A program made the position numbers and the translations under genes. DNA of 64,000 bases from Eledone cirrhosa (lineage: Eukaryota). How positions within the stretch are numbered: position 1 is the first letter of the stretch; the number at the start of each line of letters is the position of its first letter. This document shows, one piece after another, positions 36,167 to 49,600 of this stretch. A model generated the notes under the pieces. That model had not been told where the DNA came from. It saw nothing but the letters and a program-made list of their open reading frames with translations, and made no database searches. The stretch lies in contig OZ024755.1 in NCBI GenBank assembly GCA_964016885.1, forward strand, positions 21,700,001 through 21,764,000, written 5' to 3'.

Positions 36167-37102
36167 GAAAAGTATAGAAATTATTGTGAGCAAGAAGCCA
36201 ACAGTATTCCATAATATATAAGTGACTATAGCGTCATCTATATATATACTATATATATAGTCTGTTGTGGACACAGAGGTTTGTGTCCGATTGTAAACAT
36301 GTCAAGATAAACACAGAAAAGCAGAGTTCAATACTAACAAGTCTTGTTATCAACAAATATATTATTGTTGTAAACAAATATATTATTGTTATTGTTGTTT
36401 GGTCATCCTTATTAAACAATCTATTATTATTATTATATTTACAACATTACAACAATCTTAAGATCGGCCACATATATGTGTGTGTGTGTGTGTGTACATA
36501 CATATATATACGTATTTATACATATATATTTATCTAAACATACATTTTATATATATATATAAATCTGGTCATATACCGAAAAAACGGTAATATGTTAGGG
36601 AACAGCCCGTTGACGATAGAAAAATAAAATAAACAAAAGCATATTTAAAAGTAATTTAAGTAAAAGAAAAATACTATTTTTCTATGTACCTTGTGTACGA
36701 AATTATTTTTTATTTACGTATAATGATTATATTTTTAGTAGTTAATGACAGAAATATAAAGTTTAAAGTAGACAAAAGCGTGCTTACAATATTATTTCTA
36801 TTTAAAAGCTCTGGTAAAATTACACATGTTAATCTAGATATAAATAGTACAGGGGGAAAAGAACGATTTCTAGAAAAGCCTGAAATATAATATAATATAA
36901 TGCCGCATTGGAAAGTATAAACATGATCTACATTAGGTTTAGATCTAAATGTGTGTGTGCAGGCGTGTATGTGTTACGTATGTGAAATTTTCTCAGCTGT
37001 TTGTTAACACGAAAAAGAAAGAAGCTTGCTAACCGACAAAGATACCGCATGGATCAACGTACAAATAAATATTTCAAAATAAATAAACAAAAATAAATGT
37101 AC

Positions 37103-37265
37103 CTTAACGACAAGAAAATACGTTTGAACGTAATAAAAAGTGGTAATAATTGTAAAGGAAAGACCGGTAAAGTTAAGTCGGAATACAGTAAGATGTCTCC
37201 CCGACCAGATTCTGTCCCAGTCGTTTCATCATCACAACACACACTAACACTCTCTCACTTCCGTT
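37103..37265 (-). promoter_or_regulatory. Candidate IPO13 non-coding first exon and promoter
   Basis: Donor AAG|GTACAT at 37103 on the - strand, local CpG enrichment, ETS-like CGGAAGTG at 37256-37263. The ATG-containing exon has an acceptor at 31790, so an upstream exon is required. Confidence 0.45.
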
Positions 37266-39499
37266 TATTGACTTTCACCACCTTTATTTAATAATTGGTA
37301 CTGTTGGTCATTGGAAAACATGAATTACCTCCCTTTACCTTTAATTACTCTCGGCTCTCGAAGAATCGACCCACTCCACCGCTTATTAATTTTTCAGGCC
37401 CCCTTCCCCCGGCGAATTAATTTTTCAGACCCCTCCTCCTTATTGAATTTTCAGATCCCCCACCTGCTCATTAATTTCTCAGAATCTTTTCACCCACCTC
37501 TCTCTTATTCCAACTCCACCAGCTTATTAATTTTTCAGATTTTTCCACTACCTTCTGCTCTTATTCCAACTCATCCGCTTATTATATTTTGCTTACATAT
37601 CTCCGCCGAAATTTTATTTTAAGTAGTAGCATTCCTGTAACAATTAATTTTCTTTAGACATTAAGTGGCAACCTGCTGCAGTCTGTGACTAACCAAGGCT
37701 ATGCTGTGCTTCGGGCCAAAGAGGGTAAACTCTCCAAATAGCAGACAATCTCCAATAGGTTTGTGGTTGAGCCTGTAGCAGTGGAGACTTTGGTATCCTT
37801 GGTTCTAGGACCACCTCCCTAGACACCACCATTGGCACAGAATTCGTTACTCACAGGTATGAGCCTCACAAGCTGGAATGGCTCTTCCAGTGTGTCTCCC
37901 TCACCGTTCTCTGAGTAAATGACTTCTCTATTCTGCCCACCGGGACCCTCATTTGCTTATAATAGTGAAAGATGGAGGAAGTGACAGTGAATTTTTGTTT
38001 CATTGTGTTCGGACCTTGTGTATATATTTATTTACCACACCACATTAATACGATTGCTAAATGACATTGAAAAAGCATTATACATGACCCCCAAAAATAC
38101 ATTACTAGAAATCCCATACGTTATAAAATAAATAGGATGGGTTGGGGGTCTCAATATGTAAACTAGACGACTAATTCTGGTTTATAAAAAAGATCAACAG
38201 AGACAACCTAGAAAAATTACCAATTCCCCCTCTAGCTTATTCCAACCCCCTTATTGGGACCCTAGAGTATCATTCACAACACACACACACTCACATCTGT
38301 TTAGGGATGTCACATGCTGTGACACCTTCTCTAGTGGCAACATTGTTCATTTGGCTACCAGCCCAGGCACTGCTGCCCACCAAGCCACAGAGGGCAACCT
38401 GTCCAAGTATCGACCGTCTCTGATAGGTTTGTGATAGAGCCTGTAGCAGTGGAGACTTCTGATGTTTTGGGGTCTCTCAGACCAAAGTTGACCCCTGAAC
38501 TGCCTCCTACTCACTGCTATCGGAGTGGAGTTGGCTGCCCAAAGGTGAGAGCCCTGCGAAGTGAGGGTGGCTGTTCCAGTGCGTCTCCTTTGCCATCCTT
38601 TAGGGTAATGTATTCTCCATCCTGTTGACAGCAGGGACCAAGAGATGGAGAGTAAGTTAGAGGTGGAAAATATTCGTTTGGATGCCACATATTTCCTATT
38701 CTCACCCCACTTTCACTCACTCTATGTATCATATATGTACTTCTTCATGTGTTAGCAGCCAGAGAGATGGGGAAATAAAGCTTATGCGTTTAAAATACAC
38801 AAAGATTTTTAACTTGCTGTTTATTAACTTCACTAATCAGCAGTGTGGTCATTTTAAAACATGAATTACCTTCCTTTACCTTTAATTAACAATCAAAAAG
38901 GCATTCCTTACTTCCGTTTATATTGACTTCACTTTCACTACATTTGGTCAACAGTCTGTAGTGTGCTCAATGGAAAGCATAAAATACCTTCCCTTACCTT
39001 AATTAGCAATCACAGAATTAATTTCACCTTAATGCGTCATTTTTAAACCGTTCCTCTTAATATCGCTCCTGTATCACTTGATTAAAAAGATTTGACCAAT
39101 AAATATTCTGAAAAAGAAGAAAATGATAACTCATTTTATTTATTTATTTAAAATGTATAAGTTGAAGCAAACAAAATATTACTAACAATATAATAATTTG
39201 CACCAGTTGCTCTCGAAACCTCTGGCGTCATTGGACCCCATACAGCCGAGCTCCTCTATAAAATTGGAACATCAGCAGCCCGTCTGAGGAAGGAACCCTC
39301 TCTTCTTCCCCCGTGGTCTAATAGTCCTTAGTCTTTTCCTCCTTTTCTTCTCATTTATGGCATTTATAGTACTTTCCTACACAGCCAGACTTGCCTTTCT
39401 TTACTCTGTCCCTCACCTTTTTTTCATTCATTTTGTTTTTATCCCTTTTTAATATTTCCATCATTGTTCAATAAACACAGGTATATTCCTTAAATCTCC

Positions 39500-39800
39500 C
39501 CAAACTATCAAAACATGTATCTATTTGTATATGTGCTACAATTTATGTACATGTTATGTTTATTGAAGTTTTTTTATATCTTGGTTGATATGTGAACAGT
39601 GTAATATATTGTTAACCTTCATATTAATTTTTTTGCCATGTCTTAACTTTTACTCCACATATCACTATTTTCCAATTGCTAGTATGTGTATTCAGAGACA
39701 GATTTCATAGGTCATTTTGCTACAATCACTTTATAATTAGTGAAAGTGGTAGATGTAATATGACCTGCTTGGACTCAAATTGTATTTTCTGGCCATTTTA
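39500..39800. repeat. About 290-bp direct repeat, second copy at about 44590-44885 (probable DNA-transposon fragment)
   Basis: The block aaacat..tctatttgtatatg...gacagatttcataggtcattttg...tgtaatatgacctgcttgga.tcaaattg occurs at both sites. Confidence 0.85.
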
Positions 39801-40885
39801 TAATATAATAATGAAAATTATTGTGTACACTGCTAAGGTGCATATATAGTACATAGAATAATTGATATACACACAGATACATGCATGCGTGTGTATGGTG
39901 GGGGAATATCAGGTGTAATGTAGGCAAATTTTGTCCGAACAGCTAACAACCAATGCAGGTAGTTTCTTCTGAGCGTGAAAAAATGTTTCTGAAAGTCACG
40001 GGAGCTGTGCTGTTTTCTGACTTTGTAAGCATGTCCATGTGTTTAGACACATGGAATTCAAGAAGGTGCTCAGGGTTGTTATTGGCAAGATGGTTAATAA
40101 TTTTGTAGGTATCAACCAAGTCAGTTGCCAGACGTTGGTGATTTAATGTATCCATGCCCATGGAAGCAAGGAATTCAGAGTATGATAGATGCTTGATGGA
40201 GGGTATTTGCTTGGTTGCATGTCTCTGAACAATTTCCAGGTCAATATTCTGAGCAAGATAGGGGTTCCAGACTGGTGATGCAAATTCTAAGTGTGGTCAC
40301 ACCATAGCTATATACAGCTTTAAATAGATAGCTAGAAAGCTGCTGACAAAGGTCTTACTGAGTGATGCCAAGACACTCTTGGCGTTCTTGACAATTTTAG
40401 AGATGTGTTTGTCCAATGCATATCGCTGCTGACAATAATACCCAGGTCACGTTCACAAGAAGACTTCTTGAGATTAGTGTTGTGGAGGGAGTATGTGAAC
40501 ACTGGGTATTTGCTCCCTAAATGCATGGTGGTACACTTGTCCACAGACAGCTTGAGTTGCCAGTCTGTAATCCATTGTTATACTGTGTCCAGGTCTGATT
40601 GCAGGAAAGATCCAGAGTGTACAGATCTGTCATTTTTATCTTAAGCTACAGCTTGATGTCATCTGCATATTTCAGTACTGTGACATTCTTTAAGTTGGCA
40701 TCTATGTCATTAATATATGCAACAAACAAAAGAGGACCAAGAACAGATCCCTGTGATACACCAGATGTAATTTCATAGGGTGCAGGATGTTGTCCTAGAA
40801 CCGTGACTACCTCTTTTCAACTGAAAATGAAGGATTTCAACCAGTTATAAAGATCATCTCCCACATCCATTGCAGAGAATTTGGA
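39800..40885 (-). mobile_element. CR1-clade LINE 3' part, degenerate
   Basis: The - strand encodes GVSQGSVLGPLLF, YADD, DKCTTMHLG, CERDLG and PHLEFASPVWNPY. Homologous to 62071-63090. Confidence 0.9.
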
Positions 40886-40917
40886 CCCCCCAAATTCAGA
40901 AACACTTCCATCGTCCT

Positions 40918-40959
<42 letters not shown>

Positions 40960-41769
40960 TTTGTTTATGTTCATAATCAGAATGGGAAAGCGCTAACTTT
41001 GGTTTCAATGTCTAGTAATGATTATCTCCTCAGACAATATACAGTACGGGGAGGTGGCCATAACTGGGCCTTGAATACTAAGGTAGCCCTTTTTTGTTTT
41101 GAGTATGAACACAAATATACGATATATCACCTCTTACACGACTTTCTTTACTACACACGGATATTTTGTGCTACATATATATATATAAATAAATATAAAA
41201 ATATACATATATGCGTGTACACGACTATGCATAATATATATGTATCTATATGAAAAATCGGGCATTGGATGATAAATGCGTGTGTGCAGATATTTGGTTT
41301 AAATATAGTCAAGGGGAGATAATCAGTCTTAAGTAGTCAACTGTCGTCTGCTGATGGTACTGAACCAGTTTAAAGCGCTTTAAAACTGATAACATGCATT
41401 TACAGCAATAGTATGAATTAGAAACAGCTGGAGTATTAACAGTGGATGGTTAGAAACTCGACGAATTTACCATTTACCCTCGTATTAGAGGGAGAAATCC
41501 CATATAGCACCACTGTCAGTGGCTCTTTTGCTTTTCCAACATCCGAGATTGACAGAATAAACAAATGAAATAAAATGTTTTATAAAACTAACGCAGAATT
41601 ATAATTAGTTTAAACCTATATAAAATTACTTGATGTTACCCACAGTGACAAATATATACACTCCCTAAATTTACCCGTTTTATGACGGGTCACACTCGAT
41701 TGTACTGGGAGCACCCAGATATACATACATACACACACGCGCGTAAACTCTCTCACGCACGCACGCACG

Positions 41770-41836
<67 letters not shown>

Positions 41837-41839
<3 letters not shown>

Positions 41840-43592
41840 TAGGGTCTGTTGTTTAACCAGGGATCAGCTCTGTGAAAGCAGACCCCGAACGAAAGATTGC
41901 CTACTCTTGATTAACACAAGGTATCGTTCTGTGTATCGAAGATGACACTGTGCACTGTATCCTTCAGTAGGTTTTTGAGGGAGATCTGGCAGCTATTTCT
42001 AGCACTTCTTAACGGGGAAAGTCCCTATGCGATCACTCAATAAACTAGAAATACCAGACAAATCTTCCTAAAATGTAAACACCCAAATATCTTTCAATAC
42101 ATATAAAAGTTAACTGGTAGGACTTACCTTGGGTGTATTCCATCATAACAGCACATTCAGCTTCACATCTTCAATAGTCAAAGGTAAGTAGGTATCTCCA
42201 TCTATATATGTATATATACATATATATAGCGGTCCAATATCCAGCAATCCGGGGGTATACACACACTCACATATATATATTTCTAGCAATGATATTAATA
42301 AATGGCAAACTATATTTATAAATCCATATTTATTTTATTATATATATTTCAAGGGTACCAAAAAAAAAACTTGTGTACGCTCTCATCAGATAAAATACAA
42401 AATTTGTTTTATAAATAGTGACCAACCCCAGAAACCAGACCTTATCGGTTCAGGTTCCGTTTTTTTGGTACCCTTGAAATATATATAATAAAATAAATAT
42501 GGCTTTATAAATATATTTTTCCATTTATTAATATTGATATTATACTTCAGAAAGACATGTTGAGTGCTTCGAATCTGTTATAAATAAATTTGTTGAATTA
42601 CCAACAAATTAAATATCTCTGCTTATATATATATATATATATATACACACGTATCAGTTGATGCCCCTAGTGAATTGGTTATTCAACGACTTAACCTAGC
42701 TATCATCGGCGACAATGTTAGTTTACCTCAAAAGTCATTAAAGGGAAGTCCCAACGTTCCTGTATAAACCGCTTTTCTTCTATTTGCCTTGGACGTAAAT
42801 TAATCCTTATCCAACGATGCTGAAGAGAAGAGCCAGTCTGTTAAAAGCATATACAGCCATGTTTAGTTAATGTACATTACACATGAGAGATCCTTAGTGA
42901 AAGTGAGGCTTAGTATTTGGAGGGAACTCCAACGTTCTTCTAATTTCATGTTATTAATGTTTAAAGGTGGAGAGATGCAGTGATATTTTAGTACCATAGA
43001 CATACGTTAAACGAAGCAAATAAATAATTAGCCTGTTCAGATTCAAACATTCCTCCAAGGGCGAGCCTAATATAACTTTGTATTTTTGAATCCCTGTGTT
43101 TGTTTTCTTCCACTTATTAACTATTTTTCCACGCTTACGCGGCCCACATTCGAACCTGGATAATTACACTCAACACGGATTACCATGGATTAATAAGCCT
43201 CCAGATTGCTGGATTTTGAACTGCTATATATATATATATATATAGACATGGAGATACGTACTTACCTTTGGCTACACAAGATGCTGGGAAGCTGAATGTG
43301 CTGTTTTGATGGAATACATCCAAGGTAAGTTTCATGAGTTAACTTGTATATGTATTTAAAGACATTTGGGTGTTTATTTTTTTAGGAAGATTTATCTGCT
43401 GTTTCTAGTTTATTTAGCTATCGCTAGAAATAGCAGCCCCCCCCCCCCAAAAAAAAACTACTGAAGGATACAATAGACAGTGATATCTTCGATACACACA
43501 ACGATACCTTGGGTTAATCAAGGGTAGGTCGTCTTTCGTTGGATGTCTGCTTCCGCAAAGCTCATCCCTGGTTAAATAACGGATCCTATGAA
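41837..43592. repeat. Large inverted duplication: 41837-42256 versus 43197-43592 (roughly 80% identical by eye)
   Basis: For example ttaaccagggatcagct / agctcatccctggttaa and gacttaccttgggtgtattccatc / gatggaatacatccaaggtaagt. Confidence 0.88.
42331..42397 (-). ncRNA. Minimal type I hammerhead ribozyme (family A, copy 1)
   Basis: Reverse complement: TATTTTAT-CTGATGA-GAGCGTAC...GTACCCTT-GAAA-TATATA-TA-ATAAAATA. An inverted 3'-half copy lies at about 42460-42537. Confidence 0.65.
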
Positions 43593-43977
43593 TATATATA
43601 ACTGTTTCTACTTTTGGCACAAGGCCAGCAATTACCCAGTGCATTACTGGTACTTTATTTTATCGACCCCGTAAGGATGAAAGGCAAAGTTAGCCTTGGC
43701 GGGATTTGAACTCAGAATGACAAGAGCCATAACTCTATGCGTCAAAGCATGGCGTCCGACCCTATATATATATATAGATAACGCTCTTTTTTCTCTTTCC
43801 CTTTTTCCATACTCCAACGGCTTATTTTAAATCTACTGTGATTTAAACATATCCGACACTTATTTGCATCATAGACTAAATAAATTTAATAACCCCACTA
43901 TCCGGGAGCTTCCAACAGAAATGGTCGCATTCTTTAAGGGTATGTCAATATTTATTTATAAAACTGATCTATATTAT

Positions 43978-44040
43978 ATTTTATCTGATGAAAGCACACC
44001 ATAATTTAACTTGGTGTCCTTGAAATATGTATAATGAAAT
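43978..44040 (+). ncRNA. Minimal type I hammerhead ribozyme (family A, copy 2)
   Basis: ATTTTAT-CTGATGA-AAGCACACCA-loop-TGGTGTCCTT-GAAA-TATGTA-TA-ATGAAAT. Confidence 0.65.
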
Positions 44041-46638
44041 AAATATGGTTTTATAAATATAGTTTCCATTTGTTAATATATCGCATATAACGTTATATAG
44101 CTTTGATTTTATTTTGTAAGGATTACAATATATTAAAACATGATTAAAAAATATCAATATATATATATTTATTAATAACCCTATATAGATTTTAACGTGG
44201 CTGTATGATTAGAAAGTTGTCACTGAGACAACCTGAAGAACAAGAGAAACCAAAATTCTTTGAATGGATTTGGTGAACAGAATAGTTTTCGTCTGCCCGG
44301 TGCAAAAGAAAACACCAACCCGCACGCGCACATATACTGTCACACACCATACACATCCCCATGCATACAACATTGGTGACCTCCCCTTGACTAGGTTTTC
44401 ATGAAAGCGTCTGCACACACGCATTTCTATTCTAATGGCCAGTTTTTTTTCTCTCAGTTCATCCGAGCTTCGTTGTTCATTTTACTTGTTTTGCATATCC
44501 AGTGGATCGTGTTCGATTAGTTGACATATGCACACTGGAATATATATATATATGCTAAATCAGGGCCTCCCCAATAATTATATTTTACCCCCCAAACATA
44601 TATCTATTTGTATATGCGCTAGAATTTATGTACATGTTATGTTTATCGTAATTTTTTTATATTATGGTTGATAATTGAACAGTCTAATATATTGTTAACC
44701 TTCAAAGTAATTTTTTTTTCTCATGTCATAACTTTTTCTCCACATATCACTATTTGCCAATTGCTGGTATGTGTATTTAGAGACAGATTTCATAGGTCAT
44801 TTTGTTATAATCACTTTATAATTATTGAAAGCTCTAAATGTAATATGACCTGCTTGGATTCAAATTGCGTTTTCTGACCATTTTAGAGTGCAAAGAGCTA
44901 AGCTAATCACTAGAAACTAATAACTAGAAATGCTTCCACCGCCCCTGGTTAGCAGTATGTTTTAGAGAAGGATCACTGTAATTTCAAAACCGGGTAGATG
45001 GGACTGCTTAGTTACCCTGGTGACAACTTCCATGTGATCAACGTCTTCATACTTGCGATGAAGATAGATGAGCTGCGACTGGGTAGCCAGCTTCAGAGTA
45101 GGATTCAGAACCCACCAACGTCACTTTTTCCCCCGATGAGAATTATCGACATATAACATCATATAATAATAATGATAATAATGAAATTATTGTGTAAAGT
45201 GCTCAGGTGCACTACAACTATATAGATAAGCATTAAAGCAATTGTCCATTGTCTCTGACCCTCAGTAATAAGGATGGGAAGTGGCCAAATCAGATAAACT
45301 AAAGTAGCAGTAAAATACTAAGTTAGCACCAATCCTCCAGGAAATTTCTGGCTTACATCTGTGAGGTAGTGAATCCCACCCGCCTCCCTTTTTTCTTTCC
45401 TTCATCATTATTGTTCAATGAAGCATAGAGTTACGTCCCTTGCCATTCTGAGTTCAAATCCCGCCGAGGTTAACTTTGCCTTTCATCCTTATGGGGTCGA
45501 TAAAATAAAGTACCAGTAATATACTGGATAATTGCTGGCCTTGTGCCAAAAGTAGAAACAATTATTATATTAAGTACCAGTAATACACTGGGATAATTGC
45601 TGGCCTTGTGCCAAAAGTAGAAACAATTATTATATTATTATAGTTTTATACAGTTTATACATTATACAATAGTAATGTCTATTATTATTTTGTTTTTCTT
45701 TTGTTTCAGATAATACAAATGACATTTTAAAAAATAACGAATATTGCAGCAGATGATGTTAACCAGTGGCGTATTGCCCCCCACCACACACACATGTCTG
45801 AAAATTATGAACGTTTGTACCCCCCAAAATGATAGGAGCAATATATAGTGGCACTCCATCGGTTACGACGACGAGTGTTCCAGTTGATACGACTAACGGA
45901 CCAGCCTGCTCGTGAAATTAACGTGCAAGTGGCTGAGCATTCCACAAACACGCGTCTCCTTAATGTAATTGTCAGAGAGATTCTATGTGACACAGAATGT
46001 GACAAGGCTCGCCCTTAGAATTACAGGTACGATAGGAGCAATACGCTTGTGCTAATAACGACATATAAGTAGAAATCATGATAGAATATTCATAGATGTA
46101 TAGTTTCCATTCAATGTTAGGGGGTCATCTCTCTTCACTTGTATTGTTCCCTTGAAAGCAGCATAACCTTCATACGGATGAGAATCACGTTTCCTCTTGG
46201 CTAGGAAGCTTGTCTGTTGATTGCATGAAACTTTCACAAGAACACCTACATCGTAAACTTGTAGATATACGTCGAAACACTTGTACTGGAATATAAAAGC
46301 TATTAGCCAATTATCCGATATTTTAACTACAAGATTATTTTGACTAAAAATAAATACAAGAATAACAAACAAACCAAACGAACGTAAAACAACAAATAAA
46401 ATAAAAAAATATCACCTGCTCGCAATTAAATAATCAAAGGGAGATAATTATAAAGGTTTACTGCAACTTCGACTGTGGAAATTAATATTTCCGACTATTT
46501 CATTTAACGACATATTTACAGCTTACCTGTAAATGAAAATTACAATTCATTTGTAATTTTGTAGATATTTTCAGATAATGTAATTACTACAGTCAAATAG
46601 CGACCAGAAAGAGAAATAATTACAAGTAAATTGTTAAG

Positions 46639-49600
46639 ATGGCGACTAATATTTTGGAAACGAAAATTTCTCAGATGTTAGGGCAAAGATATTTTAAAAA
46701 GTCTATATTTATACGGTTTCTTTTATTTTTGATATTGCTTATCATATGGATCTCTATTAATGGAGGTAAATATGCCTTTTTGTGTTGTTGATATTAAGGT
46801 AATGTAACTAACTCATCTATTAGTTATCCAATCAACGAAACATTACATACATATACGCACATATACTTGTGTGCATGTTTATGTATGTAAAATGTCAGCC
46901 CTGGTCGAGATGACCTATGATCAAATATGATTCTGCCATGACCATCCTGTCTTTTTTAAAGACATGGTGTGTATAGGACTTCGTTTATCCAATGTGTTCG
47001 TTTTTAAGGCAGTAGGGGTATGATTGGAGGAAGATTTGGCTGCTATTTCTAGAAGGTCTATTGGCCACAGAGGTTTAACATATTTAACATGTTACTAATT
47101 TATCAATTATTATTCATGTTTAAATATTAAAACTATTTAAATTCCATAATTTTATCACTACTACTACCTACAAAAAGTATCGTTAATCTGACAAAATGTT
47201 GATATACCTCTCTTCAGTACATTACATTGTTATGGAAAATGTGTAAAAATATTTTAACCTTTAAAAATACTTAAGTTGTGTTCAACCCCTTAATCTATGC
47301 AGTTTTGGGGTAGATGTGAGGGTATTTTTTAAACCCACTTCCTCAGGTACCTTTACTCAACGTTGCTCTTTGTTGACAGTACCGTATTTATTAATACGTC
47401 CCAGGATGAGGAATGGCATTGCTTGTATGGTATAAATATTAGTTGCCTGTCACAGTACTTACCTTAATGGAATGGATAAAGAACGGTACCTGTCTGATAA
47501 ACTGTCTACACATCGATTCAAATGTTTGAATTTCGTCTCTTTATATTTAAACTCGCAATAAAAAACATAATGCGCACCTTTCAATTAAAAAAAAAAAAAT
47601 ACAAGTAATCTAAAGCTGTTATTGTTTTTAAAATATGTGGTTGTATGAACAAACTTTGTAACGGGAATATTTCAAATAAAGAACTACTACTTCAATAATC
47701 ATACTAATTAAAAAATAAAGTTATAATTACTCATATTAGATCTTTCATGAGTGTAGAGACGAACCGTGGGTTTATTCCCATCTATTCTGTTTCCAAAAGC
47801 TCGAAATCTTCGACAAGAACTCTATGGATTTGATTGTTACGTTAGTTGATTGTCATCTCAGATGAGCCAAAAATCGAGAGATCGACCCACTAACGTGGTT
47901 AATCGACCTGCAAGAAATAGCAGGCATCACTCTCAAATTACACTGTATTACTCCCTCCAAAAAGGTATGGTGTAAAGACACCTTTTAGTCATATTTTTAT
48001 TTGTGTGATCACACAGACCTAGATCGAAACATCATCTGCTCTGACTTATAATTGATAAGCAAATGGCTTCATAGTTCAAATTTTGATCTGATCAATTTGA
48101 TCTTGCGATAAACTATCAACAGCTTAAACCATGATAGCTATTTCATCAAGACCGTCTTAACACATATACACACTGGGCGATAGGCGGCCCATGTAATAGA
48201 TTTATATTATGACTTATTGCCAACTATATTATACTATATACTGTCAGTTATGGAAAAATACATACTTAGCAGTGTTTTATTAAAAATAACGAACACTATT
48301 AATGTTAATTTTTATGACAACAAATGAATACTGGTATTCCTCTCTGATTTAATTTCATGGTTACCGCTATAACCATACATATATGTATGTGTAACTAATC
48401 ACATGTATATGCAACAGCAGATGAAAGCCCCAAACATCTACCATACTGTAACATACATCTCTTAAAATAACCCAAAACTATGGTAAATTTAGTAAAACAA
48501 TCAATTTTCCAATCATTTATCTGTTTGGAGCATAACTTAACAAAGGTTCTTACATAAAATTATGATAGATGGTTTTTGGATAAGGTTTTAAATGCTCAAG
48601 AAATGCTTTATGTTATTGCAGCACCCCTACAACTCCATCAGGAGTTACAGATCCATACATACATACTAATATTATGTCATTATACATACATACTGATATA
48701 TATATATTGTTTTATTTTATAATTATACCCACAACAGGACAACTCGTCTTACCCATGCTAGTGTGGAAGAATAGATGTAAAACGATGATGATATATATAT
48801 ATATATATATATATTATGTTGGTACAACAAAACATCCAGCCCACACTGTAAAGTGGTCATGTAGGTGTCACAACAAAAAGCACCCAGCAGACACTGTAAA
48901 TGCGGTTGGCTTTAAGAAGGGCATCCAACCATAGAAAACCAGTCAGAAAGAGTCCTATATGAGCGAGACATGGTCACCTGATCCAACTTGCCTCAAATGG
49001 GACAAACCGTCTAAACCATGCTAGCATTGAAAATAGACATTTAAATGGTGATGATGATGATATACATATGTCATTACAAATACATACTAATATATTTATA
49101 TTATGTTTTATTTTGTTCATCTTTGCAGGGCTTCTTCCTGGTTTTCTGCGTCAGAGACTGCCAATATTACGTGTTGGACCAGAATTGAATATCCTATATT
49201 ATTTTGAAGAAGCAGAGAGAGATGGCAGCAAAATCAGATGGTCACGAGCAACAAATAGCCCAGAAAAACTGAAAACAGCATTAACTGGTAATATGTGTTA
49301 TAATTACAGTTATACTAATTACAATTATATTAATTAGTAAACTTAAGCCTTTAACATTTACATTAAAATCTTGTACGAGCGAGACATGGTCTCCCGACCA
49401 ATCTCGCCTCAAGTGAGACAAAACCATCCAACCCATGCTAGCGTGGAAGATGGACGTTAAATGATGATGATGATGATGATGATGATTACTCTATATTTAC
49501 TATTGTATTTTTGTGGTAAAGGCTTTATCTTACATAATTATCTCATAATATCGAATCTATGAGATTTTGATATTATTTATTTTGAGAACAATATCTTAAC

